A DNA stretch of 63,277 nucleotides, counting the filler, from Octopus bimaculoides (lineage: Eukaryota), in assembly GCF_001194135.2 (NCBI RefSeq). It is 6 parts of 6 records of this genome, joined end to end, with 100 filler letters (N's around TTAATTAATTAA, not from the genome) between each part and the next. Parts side by side here need not be neighbours in the genome. Positions count along the whole stretch, not along the records: positions 1 to 11,247 come from NW_026355703.1; positions 11,348 to 13,984 come from NC_068999.1; 4 more parts are not named here. One strand, given 5' to 3'. The notes under the pieces are model-generated. The model saw only the letters and a program-made list of their open reading frames with translations, searched no databases and was not told the origin of the DNA. Within the stretch, counting starts at the first letter, position 1; every line of letters starts with the position of its first letter. Shown in pieces: positions 1-11,388 of this stretch. The translations under genes and the position numbers were made by a program.

Positions 1-20
1 TATATATATATATATATATG

Positions 21-548
21 CAGAAAACAACTTCTGTCTCATTCCAGGGAGAAAAACTGGACATAGTTGATAGCTTCCGATATCTGGGTGACCAAGTTAG
101 TAGTGGGGGAGAGTGCGCTGAAAGTGTAGCTGCTAGAATATGAATAGCCTGGGCAAAGTTCAGAGACCTCTTACCTCTGCTGGCGAAAAAGGGCCTCTCA
201 CTCAGAGTAAAAGGCAGATTGTATGACGCATGTGTACGAACAGCCATGCTACATGGCAGTGAAACATGGGCTGTGACTGCTGAGGACATACGTAAGCTCG
301 CAAGGAATGAAGCCAGTATGCTCCGATGGATGAGTAATGTCAGTGTGCATACCCAACAGAGTGTAAGTATCTTGAGAGAAAAGTTGAACCTAAGAAGCAT
401 CAATTGTGGTATGCAAGAGAGACAATTGCGCTGGTATGGACATGTGGCAAGAATGGATGAGGATAGCTGTGTGAAAGAAAAAGTGCCACACCCTAGAGGT
501 TGAGGGAACCTGTGGAAGAGGTATTCCCAGGAAGACCTGGGATGAGCT
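21..548 (+). mobile_element. RTE-clade LINE, decayed C-terminal ORF fragment
   Basis: Translates to RTE-type post-RT motifs (YLGDQVS..ESVAARI.IAWAKFR.LLPLL; LYDACVRTAMLHGSETWA; RQLRWYGHVARM; RGIPRKTWDE), with stops. Same family as 9464-11135. Confidence 0.9.
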
Positions 549-555
549 GGTGAAG

Positions 556-602
<47 letters not shown>

Positions 603-607
603 ATATA

Positions 608-1088
608 CAGGACATTGCAAACAAAACGTAGACAAAATGATAAACAGAGTACAGAAAACACACAGGCCACATAGAGAACNNNNNNNNNNNNNNNNNNNNN
701 NNNNNNNNNNNNNNNNNNNNNNNNNNNNNNNNNNNNNNNNNNNNNNNNNNNNNNNNNNNNNNNNNNNNNNNNNNNNNNNNNNNNNNNNNNNNNNNNNNNN
801 NNNNNNNNNNNNNNNNNNNNNNNNNNNNNNNNNNNNNNNNNNNNNNNNNNNNNNNNNNNNNNNNNNNNNNNNNNNNNNNNNNNNNNNNNNNNNNNNNNNN
901 NNNNNNNNNCACCATTCTAACACTGGCGTTTCGAAGAGTTAGGGCAGGATGCATTGTTAGAATAGCTCTTCTTGCGAAATGCCAGTGTTAGAATGGTGGC
1001 AGCTGATGAAGGAAATGTTCTCTATGTGGCCTGTGTGTTTTCTGTACTCTGTTTATCATTTTGTCTACGTTTTGTTTGCAACGTCCTG
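608..1088. mobile_element. Foldback/palindromic MITE, Tc1/mariner-type ends (TA|CAGG...CCTG|TA)
   Basis: 608-679 is the near-perfect reverse complement of 1017-1088; 910-935 pairs with about 966-998; TA flanks at 606-607 and 1089-1090. N-gap at 680-909. Confidence 0.85.
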
Positions 1089-1237
1089 TACCCAGATATG
1101 CATCTATATATACAGGTAGATGTAGGTATATACATACATGTACGTATATATGCATATACTCATTTATTATTTGTATTATATATAAATTTATATATATGTA
1201 TGCATATATAATGTATGCATATATATGTATGTATATA

Positions 1238-1500
1238 CAGGGTGAATTGACCAAAAAACAAGAGACGAAGACAGGTGTTGTAGAGAACAAACAGGTGTAT
1301 TAGTTTAATGCTCGTTAAGGGAAGAAGTCTAACGTTTTGACCCTACGCTCTTCCACAGAAAGGAACAGAGAAAGAAACAGGGAGAGAAAAGAAAGAATAT
1401 GCAGTGGCTAACGATCTATCATGGCGAATGCCGGATAGAGGGGTCACACAGGAGAGATAGGAAGAAGGGGAGATAATAAAGTAGTGGTGATCCGAAAACG
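1238..1500 (-). repeat. Penelope-like pLTR-derived repeat with hammerhead-like remnant
   Basis: Homologous to 14555-14700 and 22810-22925 (acaggtg.tgta.a.aacaaa.gg.tgtattag...gctcg...). A gtgacc...gccat motif is shared in reverse with 27300 and 58520. Confidence 0.55.
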
Positions 1501-2592
1501 AAGGTCCGCATGCGTGTGTGGAAGAGAGTTGCTGGACTTGACATGTGTGTAGGTGTGGATGTGGGGCTGGGAAGTGGTCAGTTGTAGTGTGTGCGTGGCA
1601 ATGTGATGTGATGTAGTGTTGTGTGGTATGGTGGTGTAATGGTATGTGGTGTGGTGTGATGGTGTTGGGAGGTGGGGGAGGTGAGAGTGGGAAAAGCAAG
1701 GGTGGGGTATGAGTTAGGCTTAGGGTGTGGGTAGAGGTGGGGTATGTGGATAGGCTGAGGGTGGGTTTAAAAGTGGGGTATGTGGGAGTAGGTAGAGGTG
1801 AAATAAGATAAAATGAATAACAATAATAAAATGTTCTGATTTAAGGTTGATTGATTTGACTTTACAATGCTAGTAAATTTTGACCAGTGGTCAGAGGTTG
1901 AGAAGCTAACTTGACCTCAGTTGGATTATGAAATGGAATTTAAAGGTAAACAAATAAACAATTTAGAAGGTTTTTGATGGCGGGATGGTTAAATAGATAT
2001 TTGTCTGCCTGCCTGTCTGCCTATCTATACACAGAAATATATACATGGATGCATATATACTTACATACATGCATACGTATACATAAACAGATACCTACAT
2101 AATATAAAGGCACACGTGCATGCACTCACTCACATAAATAGGCAGATAGTGTCCATCCATCCATCAAATCATGTCTCCCTCTCTCCTCTTCCTCTCTCCT
2201 CTTCCTCTCTCTCTCTCTCTCTCTGTCTGTGTGCATGTGTGTGTGTGTGTGCGTGTTTGTGTGTGTACGTGTGTGTGTGTGTGTATAGACCATCTGTAAA
2301 TTTCTTTAAATCCTAATTTCATTTTACTTTATCAATTTCGTTGTAAGTGGCATAGATTATATAATTATCTAGCTGACAATCCTTTTACGAAGTAATCCAG
2401 TTATTATGTTGAGCTTTCACTTTTTCTGCCATTACTAATAATTTTCTCACAATCCCTGATGTTGTTATTGTTATTTAGTACCAGGCAAACTCTGAACTAA
2501 CAGACCTATGATGAAAAGCATTCCAATCATGTCTGTCCCATTTTTTCTTTCTTTTTTGTCTATCTAGAATACACAGCGTTGTCTGTTGTGTA

Positions 2593-3078
2593 TCATCATC
2601 ATCGTTTAACGTCCGCTTTCCATGCTAGCATGGGTTGGACGATTTGACTGAGGACTAGTGAACCAGATGGCTATACCAGGCTCCAATCTGATTTGGCAGA
2701 GTTTCTACAGCTGGATGCCCTTCCTAACGCCAACCTCTCCGAGAGTGTAGTGGGTGCTTTTACGTGACACCGGTATGATGGCCAGTCAGGCGGTACTGGC
2801 AACGGCCACGCTCAAAATGGTGTATTTTACGTGCCACCTGCACAGGAGCCAGTCCAGTGGCACTGGCAACGACCTTGCTCAAATGTCTGGTGTGTTTTAT
2901 GTGCCACCTGCACAGGAGCCAGTTCAACGGCACTGGCAACAACCTCACTCGAATGTCTTTTCACATGCCACTGGCACAAGTGCTAAGAAGGCGACGCTGG
3001 TAAGGATCACGCTCAAATGGTGCTATTTACGTGCCACTGGCATGGAAGCCAGATAGCTGCTCTGGCAATGATCACGCT
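2593..3078 (-). mobile_element. RTE 3' UTR with (GAT)n tail and internal ~65-70 bp tandem amplification
   Basis: The reverse complement carries GGCGTTAGGAAGGGCATCCAGCTGTAGAAAC and ends in (GAT)n; homologous to 9464-9700. About four ggcactggcaac...gtgccac units at 2790-3078. Confidence 0.85.
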
Positions 3079-3196
3079 GTTGTGTACTTTTTGTTTTTAA
3101 GACTTATGGGGTTACCATGACATTTTACCATCTCTGGTGATGTCTTGGTGTTATATATTACAATGAGATATTCCTGCCATATAAACCAATGATAAG

Positions 3197-3272
3197 TGAC
3201 TGTTTGGTAAGAAGCTTGTTCCCTAACCACATGGTTCTAAGTTCAGTCCCACTGCGTGACACCTTGGTCAAT
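3197..3272 (+). mobile_element. SINE family A, 5' head fragment
   Basis: Matches the head of 26515-26908 (ggtaag...aaccacatggtt...gttcagtcccactgcg). Confidence 0.75.
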
Positions 3273-3354
3273 GTAATTTCATGATGATCATTACAACTTT
3301 ATTGGGGTGAAGCGGTGTGGTTATGGCCCTAGTAATATAATCTTCTGGTTTCAG

Positions 3355-3510
3355 ATGAGTCCTGATAAAGAGTACCAAGAAATACGAAGACAAAGGTTGA
3401 TATTGGTGGCCACATTTATTTGTACACTAATAGAATATACAGCAAACTGGTACAACATGAATGATACTGTTAACAAAAATACATTGGTTCCTCATGCAGC
3501 TTGTACATGA
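3355..3510 (+). CDS. Candidate host-gene exon, product unknown
   Basis: Acceptor taatcttctggtttcag| followed by an open frame MSPDKEYQEIRRQRLILVATFICTLIEYTANWYNMNDT...; not similar to any repeat in the window. Donor position uncertain. Confidence 0.4.
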   Translation: MSPDKEYQEIRRQRLILVATFICTLIEYTANWYNMNDTVNKNTLVPHAACT

Positions 3511-3807
3511 TGTGCATAGGAAAAGCACAAAGCATGGTGTCAAAGATCTCTGCTGATTATCCTCTTCTCTGTGAGAATGCTTAGAAGAAATTTTTTATTT
3601 ATAACTATTGGTAGGCTCAAAACTGACCATGCTTTTCTGGTCTGGCAAGTTGTATGATTCTGGTCTGGCAAGCATCCAGTCAGTATGAATGGGTATGGTC
3701 ATGTGACCACTTGTAGAAAACAGATGAAATATGCCACTTGGCACCTATTTAAGTCTAAGCAGCCAAATAATAAACATAGCTCCTGCTACTCAGCAATAAC
3801 ATATTCA

Positions 3808-5040
3808 ATGGAAGTCATTCAAAGCACATGAGGCAGAGAGATCTGCATGGATAGGCATATATATATGAAGAAAAAGTCAGGACAGACCCGGATGGATTGG
3901 GCCTGTCTCTGACAGGACTATAGATGATATGGAATGTTGTCCACCAACCTTCAGCGAGATGACCCAAGACAAATACATGATTATCTGGCTGATACCGACC
4001 AGATAAAAGTGGCCAAGGTATGCGATGTCTTGAAATGGAAATCCGATTGTTACAGAATGCATCGAAGAATGTGACAACACTGTAAGAGTTATGTTGCCCA
4101 GTGAGGAAGTCTGCAAGTGGACAATACGTAATCAATTGCCCACACCATCCGATCCTCAATGAATTCGTGAACTGGGGAAATTGCCCAACTAATCTAAAGT
4201 AACAGCACATAGAGAACATTTTGTGCTATATGATAACGGCCCAAACTGCAATGACAAAATTCTTGCTTTCGTGACTGAACTAGGAATCCAGGAACTGGTT
4301 CATGGATGGGTATTTTGTGATGGCGTCTGGTGCTTTCTCCCAAGTCTGTGTAATGTGTGTCCCACTCGTAAAGAACTACGTAACTTTGGTTTTCGCCCTG
4401 CTGCCAAATAAACATCACAAAATGTATGAAGAACTCCAAGCTCTTGTTGATTAATGCCAACAACTTTCCCTACTGCTACAACTTGACACCATCATGACAA
4501 ATTTTGAGGATGCTATTCTTCGTGTCATGCAAGCTGTTTTGGGGTAGAACACCTGCAGTCTGAGTTGCTTTTACCATTTGGAAAGTCTAGGACCTAGGCT
4601 TAAAAAACTTCTGAAACACCAATGAAGAATTCCAATATTTCATTGAAATACTTGATGGCCTGACTTTCTTACTACTGTCACAATTTCAAGCAGGGATACA
4701 TATTCTGAGGAACATCATGCTTAATAAAGCGCATGACCTTCTGGACTGTTTTGACACAACTGGATTGGCTTTGAATCTTGGCCATGTTCCACCCACATTT
4801 CTGCCAGAATTGTGGAATCAACATGATGCCACAGTAAGTGGAAATCTGCGCACAAACATCATTTGTGAGACATCATTCATAACCTGGTTGGACATTATTA
4901 CCCAACCGTGTGGATTTGCATCCAGTGGTTCTGATGAGAGGAAGTCGGTTGTTTGACTGCAGTTGTGCAGTATGAAGTTGGCAAAATGGCTGGACATCAT
5001 TCAGTGGACCATCGCCAAATTTCTGCAAGGAGTTGTATGG
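3808..5040 (+). mobile_element. Mutator-like (MULE) transposase pseudogene with N-terminal FLYWCH-like domain
   Basis: Frameshifted translation: MEVIQST*GREICMDRHIYMKKK...WAC (FLYWCH-like); FVLYDNG..KILAF; WFMDG; VFALLPNK..MYEEL; IMTNFEDAI; CFYHL; PPTFLPELWNQHD..RTNIICE; LVGHYYPTVW. Confidence 0.85.
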
Positions 5041-5742
5041 AATATTCACCTGAAACTGAGCCGAGAATTGCCCGTTGACATTTAATAATAGCATCACATA
5101 TTGTTTTTCTTTCTATTTGTAAACAAATTTGTATTTTTAAGAATGCTTTGCTGTTGTAGAACCATTTTCTCACTGCTCAGCTATTTTTGTCTAACCATTT
5201 TCCAATGTCAGAATGCTAATTGTTACTACTTTCGTGAAACCATTTTCCAATGTCAGATTTAAGATCTATCAACGTACAAGTATTTTCTCTTTGTGCCCAA
5301 ACATTTTTTTAATTGATTGGGAATATATTCCTGGGCTCTTTTCTGTTTGGCTGCCAATTCTTAATCTCTTCAATTCCTGCTCAAATTGATTTCATATTCG
5401 GTGTAATGATATAGTTTTATATGCTAATCACTGCTTCGAAATTCACTTTTGCAATAAATCAATGAATAAAGAGTTACTAGCTTTTCAAATTTGAAAATTT
5501 AGGGTAATTTTAGCCAATTGTAAGCCACAGAAACATTCATGCTTATTTCCATAGTAATAAGCCAAACATGAGAACTCCTTTGACTGTGAAGACTATATTC
5601 TACGCCCATGTGATGACAAATATATTCTACATGAAGCCATGTATCGATGCTGTGTTCTGCTGTTTTTGGAAATTTTTACCTGTCTATTTGGATATTTCAC
5701 CAGTCTGTTTTGTATTTGTATATTTTACTGATCTGTTTGATT

Positions 5743-5841
5743 ATGGCAGCAAGCTCCTATAACCTTGCATCTATGATAGAGGCATTTAGAACAGAGAAGG
5801 ATGCTGTTTATTATTTGCAAGAGAAGGGGGTTATCCTTTAA
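5743..5841 (+). mobile_element. Possible Merlin/ISXO2-like transposase N-terminal stub
   Basis: MAASSYNLASMIEAFRTEKDAVYYLQEKGVIL resembles the helix pair preceding the zinc ribbon in IS1595/Merlin transposases; truncated. Confidence 0.35.
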
Positions 5842-5914
5842 ATAAAATTATGCAGAAACAAAAAGAATTTTATGAGTGGAAAGTATTGTGGTGGAAATGT
5901 GTGTATATTATTAC

Positions 5915-5956
<42 letters not shown>

Positions 5957-6183
5957 TACATGGGAAAATGCAAGCATGAAAAGTAATATTAAGATTATAA
6001 ACCTGGAAAAGTACAGGACATGATTTTACACCTGTGAAAGTATAGGACAAGCTATTACTTCTAGTAAAGTAAAGAATAAGAAACTTTTTACTTAAAATAT
6101 TGCAGCAAAGAATGCTAGTTCTTCTGATTTATCACTCTTTACAGTTCTCGATGTTGGGGGGAGAAACACAGACACACAAACAT

Positions 6184-6217
<34 letters not shown>

Positions 6218-6218
<1 letters not shown>

Positions 6219-6381
6219 CGACAGGCTTCTTTCAGTTTCCGTCTACCAAATCCACTCTCAAGGCTTTTGTTGGCCCGAGACTATAGTAGAAGACACTTGC
6301 CCAAGGTGCCACGCAGTGGGAATGAAGCCAGAACCATGTGGTTGGTAAGCAAGCTACTTACCACACAGCCACTCCTGCGCC
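6218..6381 (-). mobile_element. SINE family A (tRNA-derived head plus CORE-like block), 5' half
   Basis: Reverse complement reads ggcgcaggagtggctgtgtggtaagtagcttgc...caccttgggcaagtgtcttctactatag. Confidence 0.9.
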
Positions 6382-7379
6382 TATGCTCGCATTTTCTCAT
6401 GTAATCCATGATTTTTCCAGGCATTGCTGTTATAAGATAATAATGTGTCAGTTAATAATTTAAGATTTTACCATATAAAATACTGAAAGATAATATTTCA
6501 ATTTTTCCTTGTAAGTAATGATAATATTTCAATTTTTTTCATGTTTAATTTAAGTATATGTTGTGATTGAATTATTTGATATTACCCATCCACACCAAAT
6601 TAATGGAAGGGATTTTTACCATGTTGTTGGTTGCCCCATGTCTCACCAAAAGTTACAAACAAGAAGACCCCAAAACTATTAGTTACGAGGCTCACCTTAA
6701 GTAACCTAATTTTGCAATATTAGGTCACAGGAATTCATTCAGCGAAAAAAAAGTTTCCAATGATTCTGGGATTGGGTGGAGGGAACCCCCACCTCATTCT
6801 TTCCAAACCAAAATAAGGGATTTGCAGCATATTAGGAGGTCAGGGTACTTGATTCTACACAAAAAAATCAAATTTTTTTTTTTTTTCTAAGTGAAAATTG
6901 TGCATATTTACTATAATGTTGTTGTTATTTAGCCTCAAATCAACTCTGATACTGCAAACCTATCATCAAAGACATTCCAGCCTTCAGCAAACCGTCTTTT
7001 TAGGGATAATCTAGGATATTACATACAATGGGTGTGCGATTTAGGCAGGGGGATACTTTGGCTGCTATTTTTAGCATGTCTAGTGACCAGGTAGAGGCGC
7101 TTTCATTGGTTCGATTGTGTGATGGAATTTTTTTTACACATATGTAATATGTATATATATATATCATCGGCAGAAGTTAGAGAGTAAGTCAAAAACTGAG
7201 AGTTTTGTGTTTTGGCACTTACCAAACACGAATTTGTCTATTGTCACTCTGTAACTTGTGATTAAATAACTTCTTAAAATACAAAATTTTGTCAAAAACA
7301 TTAAGAGTATACCCTGTTCTATGAGACACATTGTACTAGTATCAGAAGTTTAAAAAAATTAATTAAAAAATCTGTATGT

Positions 7380-7480
7380 CAAAGTTGACCTCAGTGAAAT
7401 TTGAACTCAAAACGTAAAGACAGATGAAATACCGCTAAGCATTTCGCCTGGCACGCTAACATTTCTGCCAGTCACCACCT
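7380..7480 (-). mobile_element. SINE family B, 5' half
   Basis: Reverse complement matches ggcagaa.gttagc.tgcc.ggcgaaatgcttagcggtatttc...gagttcaaattt of family B. Confidence 0.8.
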
Positions 7481-9196
7481 TAAAATGTAAGCATTCATTT
7501 TAGAAATATATTCTTTATTCTTATTGCTTAAGCGTTACTCCCTTACTTCACCGACATAAAATTTTGCAATATTTTACTTCATAACTGTTTTTCTACTAAC
7601 TTTTGTTCAGTGCAACTAACGATTCTGAATTCCTCATGCATTTTTCTATCATTTAAGCCTAAGAAAAGTATATTTTTAATTTAAAATTTAAAAAATTGTT
7701 AATTGAAGATGAATATTTGCCTTACTGCCCCCCTTGAGGTTGCAGATATTTTGATGTAACATTTTTTTTACTGAACCAAATCTCAAACTATTTATACCAA
7801 AGTGTAGCTGAGGAGGTATCCTCTTTAAAACTATAGACAGTTTGCAATTTAGTTGAGAACTGAATTAGTGGTGAAGCTTGGAAGCTGCTGTGGTTGACGA
7901 AATGGTGGATTTAAGAATATATTCAACCACTACCATGGTTGAATGATATATAAGGGTGGCTTGTTTGCAATTTTACAACTGAAAGACAGAAATATATACA
8001 TCATTAAGGTGACTGAGGGCACTAGTCAGCTCCAGTATTGCTAGAAATAAAATGTTAAAACAACTCATAGCCACAAGAATTACCTTATCTTAATGACTGA
8101 CAAGGGAGGCAAGTTCCCTCAGTGCCCAGGCATAGCCAGATTACAGTGATTTTGCATTTATATTAATGCTTGTTAGTGATTCTCACCTAGCACCTTAAAG
8201 CTTATAACATATTATTATTTACAGAACTGTAAAAAATCGATGCTGCTTAGCAAAAACCATTGCATATATATATATAGGTATATATGTATGTCTGTGTGTG
8301 GATATATATTTACATATATGTATATGTGTGTGTGGATTTATATAAATATGTATGTGTGTGTGTATATTTTCCCATGAAATGAAGGATAGGCCATTTGTAG
8401 TTAAAATATCTAAATTAGATCTAAACTATTTATGTGTCTTTGCATTTATACTGATTTCCTTGAATCACATTCCAGGTCAGTGATGAAGGAACTCATTGTA
8501 GTGGCAGAATTGTTAGAGCACCAAATATAATGCCTTGTGGTATTTGTTACACTTTTTTATGTTCTAAATTGAAATCTTGTTGAAGTTAACCAGGATTACT
8601 AGCATATTAGACAAAATGCTTTATAGCATTTCTTCTGACTCTTTATGCCCTTAGTTCAAATCATGTCATGTGTAATATCAAATACAATGAACTGATGAAT
8701 ATAAAATGATAAAGAACAATTTTTCTTGCAAAAATGCCATATAGAAAGACACAACTCTGCCTTTGTTGAGTGTTTTATTAACAGGTTTCCATACTTTCCC
8801 CATTTATTGTTTGTTCAGTTTAGGGCAGTAACATTCCTGTCTATTAACATCTCAAGGTTCTCTTAATTTCATCTAAATGAAGTGGATAATTTTTTATTTT
8901 TTAATATTGAATTTATGCCATCAGCAGCAACAATCCTGGGAATAATATTGTAACTAATAAAATTGTCATTACCATATTTAAGATTTCTTTAACACTTAAT
9001 TCCAAGTTACTTTCATCAACCAATAACTTTTCTCAATTTATTGCTCTACTGGTTTGTCTCTGTGTTAGGCTTGGGTTTATAGTTTTATATTAATAAAGTT
9101 TGCTTAGCTAACTTGATGGGTTTTTATGGTGTTTTATATATTTGATATCGTGTTTGTAAATAACAGTAGTAATAAAATGTATAGTACTCAATACAG

Positions 9197-9256
9197 GTAG
9201 TAGAATACTCAAGAAGGCCTGCCTACTACAAAAGAGATGATATCCTGAACCACTGA
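9197..9256 (+). CDS. Candidate terminal exon, product unknown
   Basis: caatacag|gta gta gaa... gives VVEYSRRPAYYKRDDILNH* (phase 0) or GSRILKKACLLQKR* (phase 1). Non-repeat island; weak pyrimidine tract. Confidence 0.3.
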   Translation, partial: VVEYSRRPAYYKRDDILNH

Positions 9257-9463
9257 TTTGCCTCTTGAATTTTTCCCCTGCCACTGCATTTTTTTTTTTT
9301 TTTGAGGGATCAAAAACAATGAATACCTATTGTTTTAAGTTTGTTATAACTTTGTTTTGTGTACAGATTTGATTTTTTGTATGCTGATAGAGGACTGATT
9401 AAGTAATATTTTAATGTAATGCATTATGTTCTACATGAATGTTTTGACATAAAAAAGACCCCA

Positions 9464-11135
9464 CATCATCATCATCATCATTGTTTAACGTCTGCTTTCC
9501 ATGGGTTGGACGGCCTGACTGAAGACTGGCAAACCAGAAGGCTGTACCAGGCTCCAATCTGATCTGGCAAGGTTTCTATAGCTGGATGCCCATCCTAACG
9601 CCAACCACTCTGAGCATGTAGTGTGTGCTTTTTATGTGCAGTGGCATGAGGGCCAGTTAGGCAGTACTGGCATTGGCCATGACAATGATTTCACTTGACT
9701 CAACAAGTCTTCTCAAGCACAGTTTATTGCCCAATGATTGAAGGGTACTGGTTATGCTACACAGGCATAGGCCATGGTTACGGTCTCACTTGGCTTGCTG
9801 GGTCTTCTCAAGCACAGCATATCTCCAAAGGTCTCAGTCACTCGTCATCGCCCCCGTGAGACCCAACGTTTGAAGGTTGTGCTTCATCACCTCATCCCAG
9901 GTTGTCCTGGGTCTGCCTCTTCCACAGGTTCCCTCTACTGCTGTTCTCATCCATATGCAACATATGACCAGTCTCTCTTGCATACCACATCTGATGCTTC
10001 TTATGTTTAACTTTTCTCTCAGAGCGCTTACCTTCTGTCGTGTATGCACACTGACGTACTAGCTTCATTTTTTGCAAGCTTATGCATGTCCTCAGCCCAT
10101 GTTTCACTGCTGTGTAGCATGGTTGTTTGCACACATGCGTCAAACAATCTACCTTTCATTCTGAGTGAGAAGCTCTTTGTCACCAGCATAGGTAGGAGCT
10201 CTCTGAACTTTGCCCAGGCTATTCTTATTCTAGCAGCTACACTCTCAGAGCAACTACCCTCACCACTGACTTGGTCACCTAGGTAACGGAAGCTATCAAT
10301 TCTAGTTTTTACCACTGGCATGTGACAGAACCTGTTTTCTGCATATTTTCAGTGTTTATTGACCCTGAGCATTAGATACACACATAAAATATCTTCTCAG
10401 TTAGCCTTCCTTTGATATTGCTGCACCTCTTATGTGTCCATAGCTTAAACTGGGTACATCTTATAGAGTTTCTACCTACACCTTTTCTACAGATCGAGCA
10501 GGGCCATCTACCTGAAGGCATTTGTGATTTTTCTGTCTTCCTACTTACTAAGACTTTGGTTTTTGCTGGATTGACTCTAAGGCCCTTTGATTCTAGACCT
10601 TGCTTCCACACTTCAAATGTCTCTACTTCTGATAGTGACTCCGCTATTAGAGCAAAGTCATCAGCATAGAAGTGCTCCGAGGGGCATCCTATCTTGAATT
10701 CCTCTGTTATTGCCTGGAGGACTATGATGAGAACTGATCGTTGGTGCACCCTTACTCCTACCTGGAATTTTTCACTATACTCATTACCGACCCTCACCTT
10801 ACTGGCAGCATCTCTGTACATGGCTTGCACAGCTCTCACTAACCACTCATCTATCCCTAGTTTCCCCATTGACCACCAGATAAGAGATCGGAGGACCTGT
10901 CAGAGGCTTTCTCTGTGTCAACAATAGCGAAGTACAGGTTTATCCTTGGCTAGGTATTTCTCCTGCAGCTGTCTTAACAGAAATATAGCATCAGTGTTGC
11001 TTTTCCCTTACACAAACCCAAACTGCATCTTGTCTAAATTAACTTTCTCCCTAATTTGTTGGATTATGACCCTCTCTGCCTGATCCAACAACTTGATACC
11101 TCTGTAATTATTCCTATCTCATGCATAAGAACAGA
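9464..11135 (-). mobile_element. 5'-truncated RTE-clade LINE (RT domain, C-terminus, 3' UTR, (GAT)n tail)
   Basis: NYRGIKLL, QFGFV.GKSNTDAIF, GIDEWLVRAVQAMY, VHQRSVL, FYADDFALIA, GLRVNPAKTKV, CTQFKLWTHKRC, AWAKFRELLP, LHSSETWA; 3' UTR homologous to 2593-2760. Confidence 0.92.
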
Positions 11136-11291
11136 TAACTGAAGAGATGCCAGCATGGGTTTCCACCCCGACATCCAAAACTTGGAGTTTTATTATAGCT
11201 ACTGAATAATTGTCACATATATTTACAGATAAATTCCTCTATTTACANNNNNNNNNNNNNNNNNNNNNNNNNNNNNNNNNNNNNNNNNNNN

Positions 11292-11303
11292 TTAATTAAT
11301 TAA
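11292..11303. other. Assembly linker TTAATTAATTAA between N-runs (also 14029-14040, 16129-16140, 29410-29421, 58253-58264)
   Basis: The identical 12-mer, with stops in all six frames, occurs five times and always sits between N-runs. Confidence 0.9.
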
Positions 11304-11388
11304 NNNNNNNNNNNNNNNNNNNNNNNNNNNNNNNNNNNNNNNNNNNNCTACATTTAGAATTAAAAAATGCAAATTCTCCGCTTTTCTT

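Noticed and set aside
1540-1800. G-rich tract with several G3+ runs as a functional G-quadruplex
   Set aside because: Degenerate simple repeat attached to a PLE-like remnant; nothing beyond composition supports function.
7505-7915. Possible TTAA-flanked (Kolobok/piggyBac-type) DNA element
   Set aside because: The terminal inverted match is too weak to define ends by eye.
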